From IMG/VR virus record IMGVR_UViG_3300049740_000832: a DNA stretch of 64,000 bases; one strand, 5' to 3'. Origin of the DNA: a virus. Below, one piece after another: positions 45,343 through 54,090 of the stretch (position 1 is its first letter; each line of letters begins with the position of its first letter). The translations under genes were made by a program, and so were the position numbers. The notes under the pieces were generated by a model. That model ran no database searches. It was given only the letters and a program-made list of their open reading frames with translations, and was not told the origin of the DNA.

Positions 45343-45364
45343 AAACAGTTATAACCTATTTATC
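45334..45364. promoter_or_regulatory. pair of oppositely oriented late promoters
   Basis: TATAAATA on + (45334-45341); GATAAATA on - (45357-45364). Confidence 0.65.
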
Positions 45365-45377
45365 GGAATCGTAGACA

Positions 45378-46331
45378 ATGACTCAAGGCGTAGATGAAGC
45401 AAGAAAAAGAGTAGATTTAGAGTATCCTCTAAACAATCCAGATGACTATAAGGGTAGACTTGTATTCACTGTTCTTGAAGAACCACAAACAGACCTCGGA
45501 AACTTAGCAGATACCGTCACGGAACTAGGTGAAGGTGCTTTGTCATTCTTGAGTCTATCAAAGGAAGAACAACAGAAAGCAGCGGATGAGGCATCTGGTA
45601 AACTGAAAAACTTTCCAATCACAGGGCCAGCACAACCACAATTAACAAATAGACAAGTATCAATTTATCTTCCTGTAGGACTTGCATTCCGTGATAATGT
45701 TGCGTATGATAACATGGACTTGGGCGGAATGGGTGCAGCTGCAGAGAGAGGTTTACAGAGCGGAACGGGTGCAATATCCGAAATGATTGATGCGGGTATG
45801 AAAACCTTATCTTCTGGTCTTACTGGTTCGGGTGGTTCGGATATGGCAAAACTAGGTGCAGTAAAACTTGCATCAAAGGGGCCAGACGAACTAGCTGGTG
45901 CATTTAAGTCTGCGGGTCGAGTTACCACAAATCCAAACACTCGTGTTCTATTCAAACAAGTGGGTCTGCGTGACTTTTCATTCACATTCAAATTCATTCC
46001 TACATCTGCAAAAGAAGCAGAGGAATGTAAAGAAATCGTAAAGTTCTTCCGAACTGAACTCTATCCTGAAGATATTACTCTTGATGTTGGCGCATCAAAA
46101 ATATCAGTTGGATATAAGTTCCCTAACAGATTTCAGATTGATGTTTTGTATGACGGTGACTTTGTTGCTAATAAAATCAAACCAGTCTATCTGCGTGATG
46201 TCACAACAAACTATAACACAACAGCGATGTCATTTCACGAGGATGGTAACTTTACCGATATTGAAATGACACTATCATTCCAAGAGTCAAGAACATTGAG
46301 TAGAACTGATGTAGAAGAAGGTGGATTCTAA
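45378..46331 (+). CDS. 48: baseplate tail tube cap gp48-like
   Basis: LEYPL, IYLP, NPNTRVLF..VGLRDFSFTFKF.P, YP, FPNRF, LSFQE. Confidence 0.85.
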   Translation: MTQGVDEARKRVDLEYPLNNPDDYKGRLVFTVLEEPQTDLGNLADTVTELGEGALSFLSLSKEEQQKAADEASGKLKNFPITGPAQPQLTNRQVSIYLPVGLAFRDNVAYDNMDLGGMGAAAERGLQSGTGAISEMIDAGMKTLSSGLTGSGGSDMAKLGAVKLASKGPDELAGAFKSAGRVTTNPNTRVLFKQVGLRDFSFTFKFIPTSAKEAEECKEIVKFFRTELYPEDITLDVGASKISVGYKFPNRFQIDVLYDGDFVANKIKPVYLRDVTTNYNTTAMSFHEDGNFTDIEMTLSFQESRTLSRTDVEEGGF

Positions 46332-47089
46332 TGACTACCAAATATTTCGAAAACTTTCAATACATAGGTTACAAATTCGGTAACGGCGAAGACCCCGTTC
46401 TTTTCAAAAATCTATCTCAATATGTGGATATGATTGATGACCTAAAGAACAACACTTCTTTCTATAACAAGTATACAATTCAGGCAGGAGAACGTCCTGA
46501 TACACTCTCATACAAATTATATGGAACTACTGATTATTACTGGACATTCTATCTTATGAATGATGATATTCGTGTATCAGGTTGGCCAAAACCTTCCTAC
46601 GAGATGTTAGATATTGCCAAAGTAAAATATCCGTATCGTATAGTTACAACCAATAGTAATATATCAAATAATTTTCCTGTAGGTCAGACCGTGACAGGTA
46701 ATACAAGTGGCACAGTCGGAACAATCATTCGTAAAATTCCTGAAATGGGACAGTTGATTATCGATACGGGTGTAGAACCAAATACTACAAATTTCAACCA
46801 AACAGAACGTGTATCATATACTGATAATCAGGGACAGACTGAAGAAATATTTTTGGTGAGAGAATCCGAACAGTATAATGGAATTCATCACTATGAAGAC
46901 GCGAATGGTGTTCATCAAGACCTGACACTTTATGATTTCAATAATCCTAACCCTAGTTTGTTACCAGTTACATATAGAGAAAGACTTGACAGACGTAATG
47001 ATGTCCTGAAAGAAATAATTGTTATCAGGCCTGATGCTGTTGTTAAAGTTGTATCTGAATTCAATACGTTTATGAAGACTAGAATATAA
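46331..47089 (+). CDS. 53: baseplate wedge protein gp53
   Basis: YFENF, GERPDTLSYKLYG..DYYW...LMN....WP, HHYE. Confidence 0.88.
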   Translation: MTTKYFENFQYIGYKFGNGEDPVLFKNLSQYVDMIDDLKNNTSFYNKYTIQAGERPDTLSYKLYGTTDYYWTFYLMNDDIRVSGWPKPSYEMLDIAKVKYPYRIVTTNSNISNNFPVGQTVTGNTSGTVGTIIRKIPEMGQLIIDTGVEPNTTNFNQTERVSYTDNQGQTEEIFLVRESEQYNGIHHYEDANGVHQDLTLYDFNNPNPSLLPVTYRERLDRRNDVLKEIIVIRPDAVVKVVSEFNTFMKTRI

Positions 47090-48424
47090 ATGGCACAAAA
47101 TCAGTCTCAACAATACAAGATAACCGAAGCGTCTGTTAAAGCAGATAGACTTGGCAATATTTATGATGTGACATCGAGTATTGCAGAGTTTAATATTTTT
47201 GAAAGTCTTGATAAACCTTATCTTACTGGTCAGGTTGCAATTCTCGATGATAAAGGTCTGTTTGATACAATAAACTTTCAGGGGACAGAAAGATTTACTA
47301 TTCGTATTGCTTCAATTGAGAATGACCTAGATTCAGTCTTTGAACGAACCTTCATCATGACTAGTCTTGAGAAAAGTGTAAAAAGTAATAATAACGCTAA
47401 ATCAAGTTTGAATGTCTTTACTTTGATTGAGGAACATGCATATCTCGCAAGAGCGAAAAAGATTAGTCGTTCATTTAACGGTAGGATTGATGATATACTT
47501 GTTAAACTTATCGGCAAGGAAATGCGTAAAAATATTGATACTTCATATATGCAGGGGTCGATTCTTTCACAACAAAGTATCAAAGGTATCATTCCTAATC
47601 TAACGATACTTGAAGCATTGAGATGGTTGACTTCAAGAGCAACCACGGATACAGGTTCACCGTTCTTTACATATGCATCGATGCATGATGAGAATATTCG
47701 TCTTGGTAATCTGGAGGTTATGTTACAACAGTCACCGTGGAACGACAAAATACCATATACATTCAATCCATCGAATGTGAGTCTTGCAGATAGTCAAAGT
47801 GAATTTGAAAAAACTTTTATTATCAAAAACGTAAAATCTGCAAAGATGTCCAACACACTCAAACTAGTTGAACAGGGTTTGGTGAGTTCTCAATATTCAA
47901 ATACAAATATAAATACAGCACAGATATTCAATCAACCTTATAGTATTCGTAAGACATTAGAGAGAATGGAAAATCGAAATGTGATTGGTAAGAACCAAAA
48001 TGTATTTGATGAAGATTTCTTTTTATCGGAACAACAATCCGACTTATATGAATCCAGAAGGTTTCATACTATAACGTCTTCGGGAACATATGGCAATACA
48101 CAAAGTTATAATGATGAATTTCAAGAATCTCGGTTTAGAAAAAAGATTGAGTCCATATCGTTAAAAGGACATCTGTATAAAAATATGTTGAATGTTGTCA
48201 TTGAGGGTGCAGGGTTTATTGTTGCGAAGGCAACCGTTGGTGATGTTGTTCGTATGAATGTCATAAATGATAATGCAGAGATACAAAAAAATATTGATGA
48301 GACAATTGCATTAGATAAAAGATTATCTGGTAAGTTCATCATTTATGACACTAGACACACTTTTCAAGGAACTCAACACACCGTGAGTATGAACGTTTGT
48401 AAACTAGAAAGGGATAACGCATGA
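47090..48424 (+). CDS. baseplate hub protein (gp27-like)
   Basis: IFESLDKPYLTG.V.I.D...GTE; LSGKFII.D.RH; lies between gp53 and gp5. Confidence 0.65.
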   Translation: MAQNQSQQYKITEASVKADRLGNIYDVTSSIAEFNIFESLDKPYLTGQVAILDDKGLFDTINFQGTERFTIRIASIENDLDSVFERTFIMTSLEKSVKSNNNAKSSLNVFTLIEEHAYLARAKKISRSFNGRIDDILVKLIGKEMRKNIDTSYMQGSILSQQSIKGIIPNLTILEALRWLTSRATTDTGSPFFTYASMHDENIRLGNLEVMLQQSPWNDKIPYTFNPSNVSLADSQSEFEKTFIIKNVKSAKMSNTLKLVEQGLVSSQYSNTNINTAQIFNQPYSIRKTLERMENRNVIGKNQNVFDEDFFLSEQQSDLYESRRFHTITSSGTYGNTQSYNDEFQESRFRKKIESISLKGHLYKNMLNVVIEGAGFIVAKATVGDVVRMNVINDNAEIQKNIDETIALDKRLSGKFIIYDTRHTFQGTQHTVSMNVCKLERDNA

Positions 48425-49287
48425 CACCTACGCCAATCCCATCTGAATACTATGGTGATAATAGTCGTTGGTTTATTGCAACGGTTATTAGTAATCAACC
48501 GCCTGTTGGTTATGAAGGTCGTATCAAGATTCGTGTGCATGGTCTTCATAGTCACTCTCAGGTGGATATACCTGAAAGTGACCTACCGTGGGCCCAGTGT
48601 GTTCTGCCAACCACAGAGGGTGGAGTTTCTGGTTTAGGACGTATTCCTAGACTTCAACCCAGTGCGCTGGTATTTGGATTCTTTGTTGATGGTGTTAACT
48701 CGCAGACACCTATCATATTAGGTTCTTTACCACACATCGAAATGGCATCAGAGATACAACTAGGACAACCAGACGAAGATGTGGGAATACAAAACCCTAG
48801 AAGTTTTTTTGGTAAGGTTGTTGATTTTGTGAGACCAGATAAAGATATTCAAGATGATAACTTTGGTGACCCACAGAGGCATGTGGTAATCAATAGAGAA
48901 AGATTCGCATTAAGTTTCTTCTTGAACGTTGGATATACATTAAATCAAGCGATAGGTATGACGGCAACATTACAAAAGATTTCTAATATGAGAACAAATC
49001 AGATTCCAAAAGGAGGGAATGGTATTAACTCATGGGAAGAAAAACGATGGGCTCAAATGAAAGCATTCTCAAATAACTATTTGAGATTCAGTGAACAGTT
49101 GAAATTTGTTATATACGAATTAAGAACTACAGAAAGTCAAGCAAACATTAGACTGTTGGATACTCAAAACATAGAAGGAATAAATGGTTCTGTAGAAATA
49201 TTTGCTCGTTTTTATTCAAAAAAAGTTAATGCAAAATTTATCAAACAGATTGAACTTGCTGCTCGAAGATTGAAGGATAGGATTTAA
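48421..49287 (+). CDS. 5: gp5 N-terminal OB-fold module with a degenerate tail-lysozyme-like domain
   Basis: GRIKIRVHGLH...DLPWA...VFGFFVDG..SQ.PIILG; C-terminal GYT.NQA.G...W...RW...QLKFV.YEL. Confidence 0.8.
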   Translation: MTPTPIPSEYYGDNSRWFIATVISNQPPVGYEGRIKIRVHGLHSHSQVDIPESDLPWAQCVLPTTEGGVSGLGRIPRLQPSALVFGFFVDGVNSQTPIILGSLPHIEMASEIQLGQPDEDVGIQNPRSFFGKVVDFVRPDKDIQDDNFGDPQRHVVINRERFALSFFLNVGYTLNQAIGMTATLQKISNMRTNQIPKGGNGINSWEEKRWAQMKAFSNNYLRFSEQLKFVIYELRTTESQANIRLLDTQNIEGINGSVEIFARFYSKKVNAKFIKQIELAARRLKDRI

Positions 49288-49289
49288 TC

Positions 49290-51557
49290 ATGTCATTAGA
49301 TAAGTCTGATATTAACACTGCGCTCAAGAACGAGGCAAAGACGAATAAATCTTCTAGTTCAAAGTATAAAGTGGTTACAACAAGGGGTGTTGACGCAGAA
49401 GGATTTTCATATACTTTGACTCAAAGGGTAGAGGTTACGGAAGATACAAGTCCGTCAAGTCTTTCAGCGAAAGCAACTAAAGCACAAGAGGATACTCTTG
49501 TCAAGAATGCAACCAAACTTGGTCGTAAAGATGGTGAAGTTTTGGGTGGTGTCAAGAGTCTAGGTAAAGATACAATTACAGCAAGTGAAACAACACTCAA
49601 CACTTCAGTAGGTAAACTGACTGATAGTGTTGGTAAACTGACGGGAACTAAAACACCCAAGTCTGCATTAGGTTCAATGACTGGTTTGCCTGCACAGACA
49701 GCGGGAGATACTGCATCATCGGCAATAGAGGTGGTTGGTGCAACTGGCCCCCAAAGTATTGCATCATCAGTCGAAGTTGCAAAGAGTAAGAAGAATGCGG
49801 CGGCACTTGATGTTCAATCATTTGCAAGCACTATAGCAGACTCAACTGAACAAGCAAATATGAATATTCCAAGTGTTGACTTTGGTTCACTCAAAGACAC
49901 TGTAAAAGATGTTACTCCTGTGGGTAATATTTCAGGTAAACTGTCTGATATAAAAGATAATGTATCTAATTCGACAGGAATATCTGCTTTAACTGCAAAG
50001 GCACCTCAATCTAAAAGTATTCTTAGTAATTTTAAGAGTGTTGGTAATGTTATAAAATCAGGACTCAGTAATGTCACCTCTGCGGTCAGTGATTTTGGTA
50101 GTGCTGTGACAAGTTTTGTTGGTAAAACAAATAAAAAATTTGATAATGGACTTCAAAGTGGATTTCTTCAAAATTTTGGTGAGACAATCGGCGGTAATGC
50201 AAAAGCATCTGTTGCTAATGTTGTGCCAGGTGGTATATCTTTCAGCGGAAATGAATATAAACAGACATTCAAAGAACTAACCGCAGAAAGTCCAAAAGAA
50301 AAAACATCTGCGGTAAAGAGAGTTGTTTCTAAATCATCCAATGTAACTCCTCGTATGAAACAGATATCTGCTTCGACATCCGCTAGCACAACTATTGAAT
50401 TACAAAATAAAGTCGAAGAAGAAGCAAGAAAACAGGGTGTTCCTGAAAAAGAAATAAGTGATTATAACAATGAAGTTGCAACAGTCGAAACAGGTCTTGA
50501 TAAGATAGACACGACAATCGCTGGCACATTTGTTGTTGATGCGGATATGTTTGGTGATGCGCCGACAATTAGTGATAATAACCAGAAATGGTCAGGACGG
50601 TCAAGTTCTGATGATGTTTTTACCTACATCTCTTCTGTAGAAGAACTAGACACAGAGATGTCAAATATTAATCGGGTGATTACGGAAGTAATCGTTCACG
50701 CAACTGAAACCTTTACAAACAAAAACATTGGTTCTATCGAAATCAATAATATACACAAAGAACTGGGTCATGATGGTATTGGATTTCATTATGTGATAAG
50801 ACGAGATGGTAGATTACAACGTGGTCGCCCTGTGGACAGACAGGGTGAACATGCACCTACAAATGGTCATGACAAGAACTCAATCGGTATTGTGATGGTT
50901 GGTGGTATCGATTCACCCGTGAATTCGGAAGATGCTCGAAGAAGTGCCGGTTCTTTTACTCGAGCACAATATACCACACTCGAACAATTCTTAGGTGCTT
51001 TTTATCGACAGTTCCCAGGCGGTCAGGTATTTGGTCATAGTGATGTTGATGTAAATGAACTTGACCCTTACTTTGATGTAATTTCTTTTGTTGAAGCAAT
51101 CTTCCGTAAGAAAAATATCGTGGGTGATACACTAAATAGTCAATCAATAGAACCTAATTTTGTTGTGAAGTCGATAGACCTAGAATCTATAGGTAGAACG
51201 ATTGTGTTTAATGATGTGACATCTTTGTTAGAAAGTGGTGACGAGTCTATCAGTGGTTCTGCGGTTAGAACTACAGAAGTAATTGAACCTAACGGAGACC
51301 CAGCACCACAGGATAAAGCGATACTACAAGACACTTCTAGACCCGCTCCACCAGCGAAGGGGTCAGACGGTCAAGATATTCCCCGCACAGACCCAGATGG
51401 AACTCGACACTATTTTGAGTGGGACGAAGAAGATGGTGCGTGGTTAGAAGCTGAAGACTTGACTGATTACGAACCTGAACCTGATGAACCTTCAACTGAA
51501 GTAAGAACATTTGGCGACGTTTTAGCAAGCGATGATATAAGTTTGGATGATATCTAA
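49290..51557 (+). CDS. virion-associated N-acetylmuramoyl-L-alanine amidase (Amidase_2) with long S/T/A-rich N-terminus and acidic tail
   Basis: IVHAT, GIGFHYVIRRDG...GRP, GEHA, SIGIVMVGG, VFGHSD...DPYF. Confidence 0.85.
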   Translation: MSLDKSDINTALKNEAKTNKSSSSKYKVVTTRGVDAEGFSYTLTQRVEVTEDTSPSSLSAKATKAQEDTLVKNATKLGRKDGEVLGGVKSLGKDTITASETTLNTSVGKLTDSVGKLTGTKTPKSALGSMTGLPAQTAGDTASSAIEVVGATGPQSIASSVEVAKSKKNAAALDVQSFASTIADSTEQANMNIPSVDFGSLKDTVKDVTPVGNISGKLSDIKDNVSNSTGISALTAKAPQSKSILSNFKSVGNVIKSGLSNVTSAVSDFGSAVTSFVGKTNKKFDNGLQSGFLQNFGETIGGNAKASVANVVPGGISFSGNEYKQTFKELTAESPKEKTSAVKRVVSKSSNVTPRMKQISASTSASTTIELQNKVEEEARKQGVPEKEISDYNNEVATVETGLDKIDTTIAGTFVVDADMFGDAPTISDNNQKWSGRSSSDDVFTYISSVEELDTEMSNINRVITEVIVHATETFTNKNIGSIEINNIHKELGHDGIGFHYVIRRDGRLQRGRPVDRQGEHAPTNGHDKNSIGIVMVGGIDSPVNSEDARRSAGSFTRAQYTTLEQFLGAFYRQFPGGQVFGHSDVDVNELDPYFDVISFVEAIFRKKNIVGDTLNSQSIEPNFVVKSIDLESIGRTIVFNDVTSLLESGDESISGSAVRTTEVIEPNGDPAPQDKAILQDTSRPAPPAKGSDGQDIPRTDPDGTRHYFEWDEEDGAWLEAEDLTDYEPEPDEPSTEVRTFGDVLASDDISLDDI

Positions 51558-53026
51558 TGACAACTAAATTAGACAACATATCACAGAGAGAAGCGAAACT
51601 TGGCGAGGGTCAAGAAGAGACTGTCGGTGTTCCTGAAAATGGAATGCAAGACCCGTCAGGTCAGTTTCCTAAAGTAGATTACCATTACGGGCCAAGTCTC
51701 AATAAGGCATCGGTTGGAACGCAAGTGAATAAACTTGCGACAGGTGGTGGTGACATTGGTGTATCATTAAACATTGTTCCCCAGAGACCGTCACAGTATC
51801 CATTCAATGATGTGAACGAGACATCATCGGGTCATATTGTTGAGTATGATGATACGCCAGGCGGTGAACGTATTTTAATCAAACACCGCAAGGGTTCTGG
51901 TGTTGAGATGCGGGCAGATGGAACTGTTGTTATCACATCAACAAACAACAAAGTGGAAGTTACGGGCGGTGACCAAACAGTTATCGTTGAGGGTGAGGGT
52001 AATCTCATCTACAATGGTAATCTAAATCTCAAGGTAACGGGTGACTTCAATGTCGATGTAGGTGGTAACTATAATGTCAATGTTGCGGGTAATATGGTAG
52101 AAGATATTCAAGAGAATCATAGAACTACTGTTGTTCGAAACTCAACATATACCACCAAACAAACCAGAACGACCAAGACAGTCGGAACACATACTGACAT
52201 TATGTTAGCAGACAACAATCAGATTGTCAAGGGAAATCAGTCAAATCTCGTTGAGGGTAACATCGACATTGCTGGCGAGGATAAAATCTTTGTGTCTGGT
52301 AAGGAACAGTTTGCAGTGACTTCGAAGGTTTCCAATATCACAGGGGCGAAACAAATCACTGTCTTTGGTAATAAGGGACTCATCGGTGGTAAAGAGGTTG
52401 ACTACACAGGTAAATCTTATCATGGTAGTAAGGGTGAGGTTGAAGGCGTTGCTTCAGGTGATAGTGGTTCAAACGCAATCTTCTGGGGAACATTCAAGGG
52501 TGTCGCAACCGAAGCGATTCGTTCTGTCAATGCTGATAAAGCGGCATTTGCTGAAGTATCAGACCTTACACACTCACAATCATATGGAGAAGCGGCAACA
52601 TCAGGAAGCACAGTTGGTGATACTGCAACATTACACTCATTATCACAAGAAGATATTTCTGGCCAGAATGCACCTATTACTCCAGACCTTGTGGTTGACC
52701 ATTCACTCAATGGGTCGTATGCAATACGAACAGTTGTCATTGATGCAGAGGATAAACTCAAAACAAGTCTATTACTTGAAAAGAAATATGAAGGATACTT
52801 CTATAAAATACCGACCATTGCAGAAGTTCGTTCTGCACTAAAGAGTTCGTATGTGGGTGATGCAGTAGGCAGTATTCTGGTTGCGGATGGTTTGTTGAAC
52901 CCTGAATACAAAATACCAACACCGCCTGCAATTGGTAGAACTGTGAAAAAGTCTGCATCATCAAGATTTGGTTATCAACCTATCGGGAATGCGCTTGAAA
53001 ACAGAGGAAAGAGATTTAGACCATGA
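51557..53026 (+). CDS. 5: gp5 C-terminal beta-helix spike module
   Basis: YPFN.V.ETSSGH..EYDDTPGGERI...H..GS; V.G repeats. Confidence 0.85.
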   Translation: MTTKLDNISQREAKLGEGQEETVGVPENGMQDPSGQFPKVDYHYGPSLNKASVGTQVNKLATGGGDIGVSLNIVPQRPSQYPFNDVNETSSGHIVEYDDTPGGERILIKHRKGSGVEMRADGTVVITSTNNKVEVTGGDQTVIVEGEGNLIYNGNLNLKVTGDFNVDVGGNYNVNVAGNMVEDIQENHRTTVVRNSTYTTKQTRTTKTVGTHTDIMLADNNQIVKGNQSNLVEGNIDIAGEDKIFVSGKEQFAVTSKVSNITGAKQITVFGNKGLIGGKEVDYTGKSYHGSKGEVEGVASGDSGSNAIFWGTFKGVATEAIRSVNADKAAFAEVSDLTHSQSYGEAATSGSTVGDTATLHSLSQEDISGQNAPITPDLVVDHSLNGSYAIRTVVIDAEDKLKTSLLLEKKYEGYFYKIPTIAEVRSALKSSYVGDAVGSILVADGLLNPEYKIPTPPAIGRTVKKSASSRFGYQPIGNALENRGKRFRP

Positions 53027-53622
53027 TTATATTAGCAGACCCAGTATACAACCCAGAGAATCAAGTATCAATCAGTTCTGCCACTAAGTTAGGGCCAGGC
53101 ATCACGATTGCAAAGTTCTTGGGTGCATATGGTGACCGAACACCTTTTAATCACATCGAGTTTGAGTTTAATCGTAGGCGTATCGCTCGTAATCTGTATC
53201 TTCATGCAGAAGCAATGAGAGTAATCAACGATAGTCCATTGTTCAATGATATCCGTCTGATTGTTTCGGAAGGATTGTTACAACCCAAAGATATATGGGC
53301 ATCTCTGATTGGTGATGAAGTGATTGAAGATAAACGATTTGGTCGCTTAGTTTATTATCAAGTCATAGACAAAGATGGTAAGATTGACTTTGAGAAAACC
53401 TTTGATATCGCTGAATATTGGAAAGACTATATTAGTTTTGACAGACTATATCTAGATTATGATTCGTATGACCCTAGTGGTAAATTGACTGGTCAGATTG
53501 GATTACGATTCAACGATGTCCCTGAGAGTTTTGATGTGACCTTTTCAAATGATATTCAGACATGGTATAATGGGACACTTATGAGTAAAAATGAATTGAT
53601 AGAAATAAGAGAAACTGACTAA
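53023..53622 (+). CDS. baseplate-associated protein with a degenerate M15A-like fold
   Basis: block-wise similarity to the 13516 peptidase but lacking the Zn ligands. Confidence 0.55.
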   Translation: MIILADPVYNPENQVSISSATKLGPGITIAKFLGAYGDRTPFNHIEFEFNRRRIARNLYLHAEAMRVINDSPLFNDIRLIVSEGLLQPKDIWASLIGDEVIEDKRFGRLVYYQVIDKDGKIDFEKTFDIAEYWKDYISFDRLYLDYDSYDPSGKLTGQIGLRFNDVPESFDVTFSNDIQTWYNGTLMSKNELIEIRETD

Positions 53623-53629
53623 AAACACA

Positions 53630-53637
53630 TATAAATA
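53630..53637 (+). promoter_or_regulatory. T4-type late promoter
   Basis: TATAAATA 5 nt before ATG 53643. Confidence 0.75.
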
Positions 53638-53642
53638 GAATT

Positions 53643-54089
53643 ATGGCAAGAAGAGCATTCGCACAGGAAGATAATAATATCAACACTGCTTCGGTAACGA
53701 CTAGTAGAACGAAGCAGTATACAGATATTGACCTATCATTTACGGCAAAACCGTCCTCTGGAGAAATATTCAAGAAGACGGACGCAGCTGCTGTGAAGCA
53801 GTCAGTCAAAACGTTGGTGATGTGTAATAAATTGGAAAAACCATTTCGTCCTGATTTTGGAGGAGATGTCCGAGCACAACTCTTTGAACTGGCATATAAA
53901 GGTAAGGATGCACTCTTACGCGATAGAATTATTAATACTATTCAATTTTACGAACCTCGAGCAGAAGTTCTTGATTTGATAATAGATTTGCAGAGTGATT
54001 ATAATAGTTTAAGTGTAACACTAAAATTCAAAGTGGTGAATACTGAAGAACAAGTAGAATTCACTTCAACACTATCAAGGTTAAGATAA
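53643..54089 (+). CDS. 25: baseplate wedge protein gp25
   Basis: DIDLSF, AVKQSVK.LV, EKPF.PDFG, LFE, YEPR. Confidence 0.92.
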   Translation: MARRAFAQEDNNINTASVTTSRTKQYTDIDLSFTAKPSSGEIFKKTDAAAVKQSVKTLVMCNKLEKPFRPDFGGDVRAQLFELAYKGKDALLRDRIINTIQFYEPRAEVLDLIIDLQSDYNSLSVTLKFKVVNTEEQVEFTSTLSRLR

Positions 54090-54090
54090 A

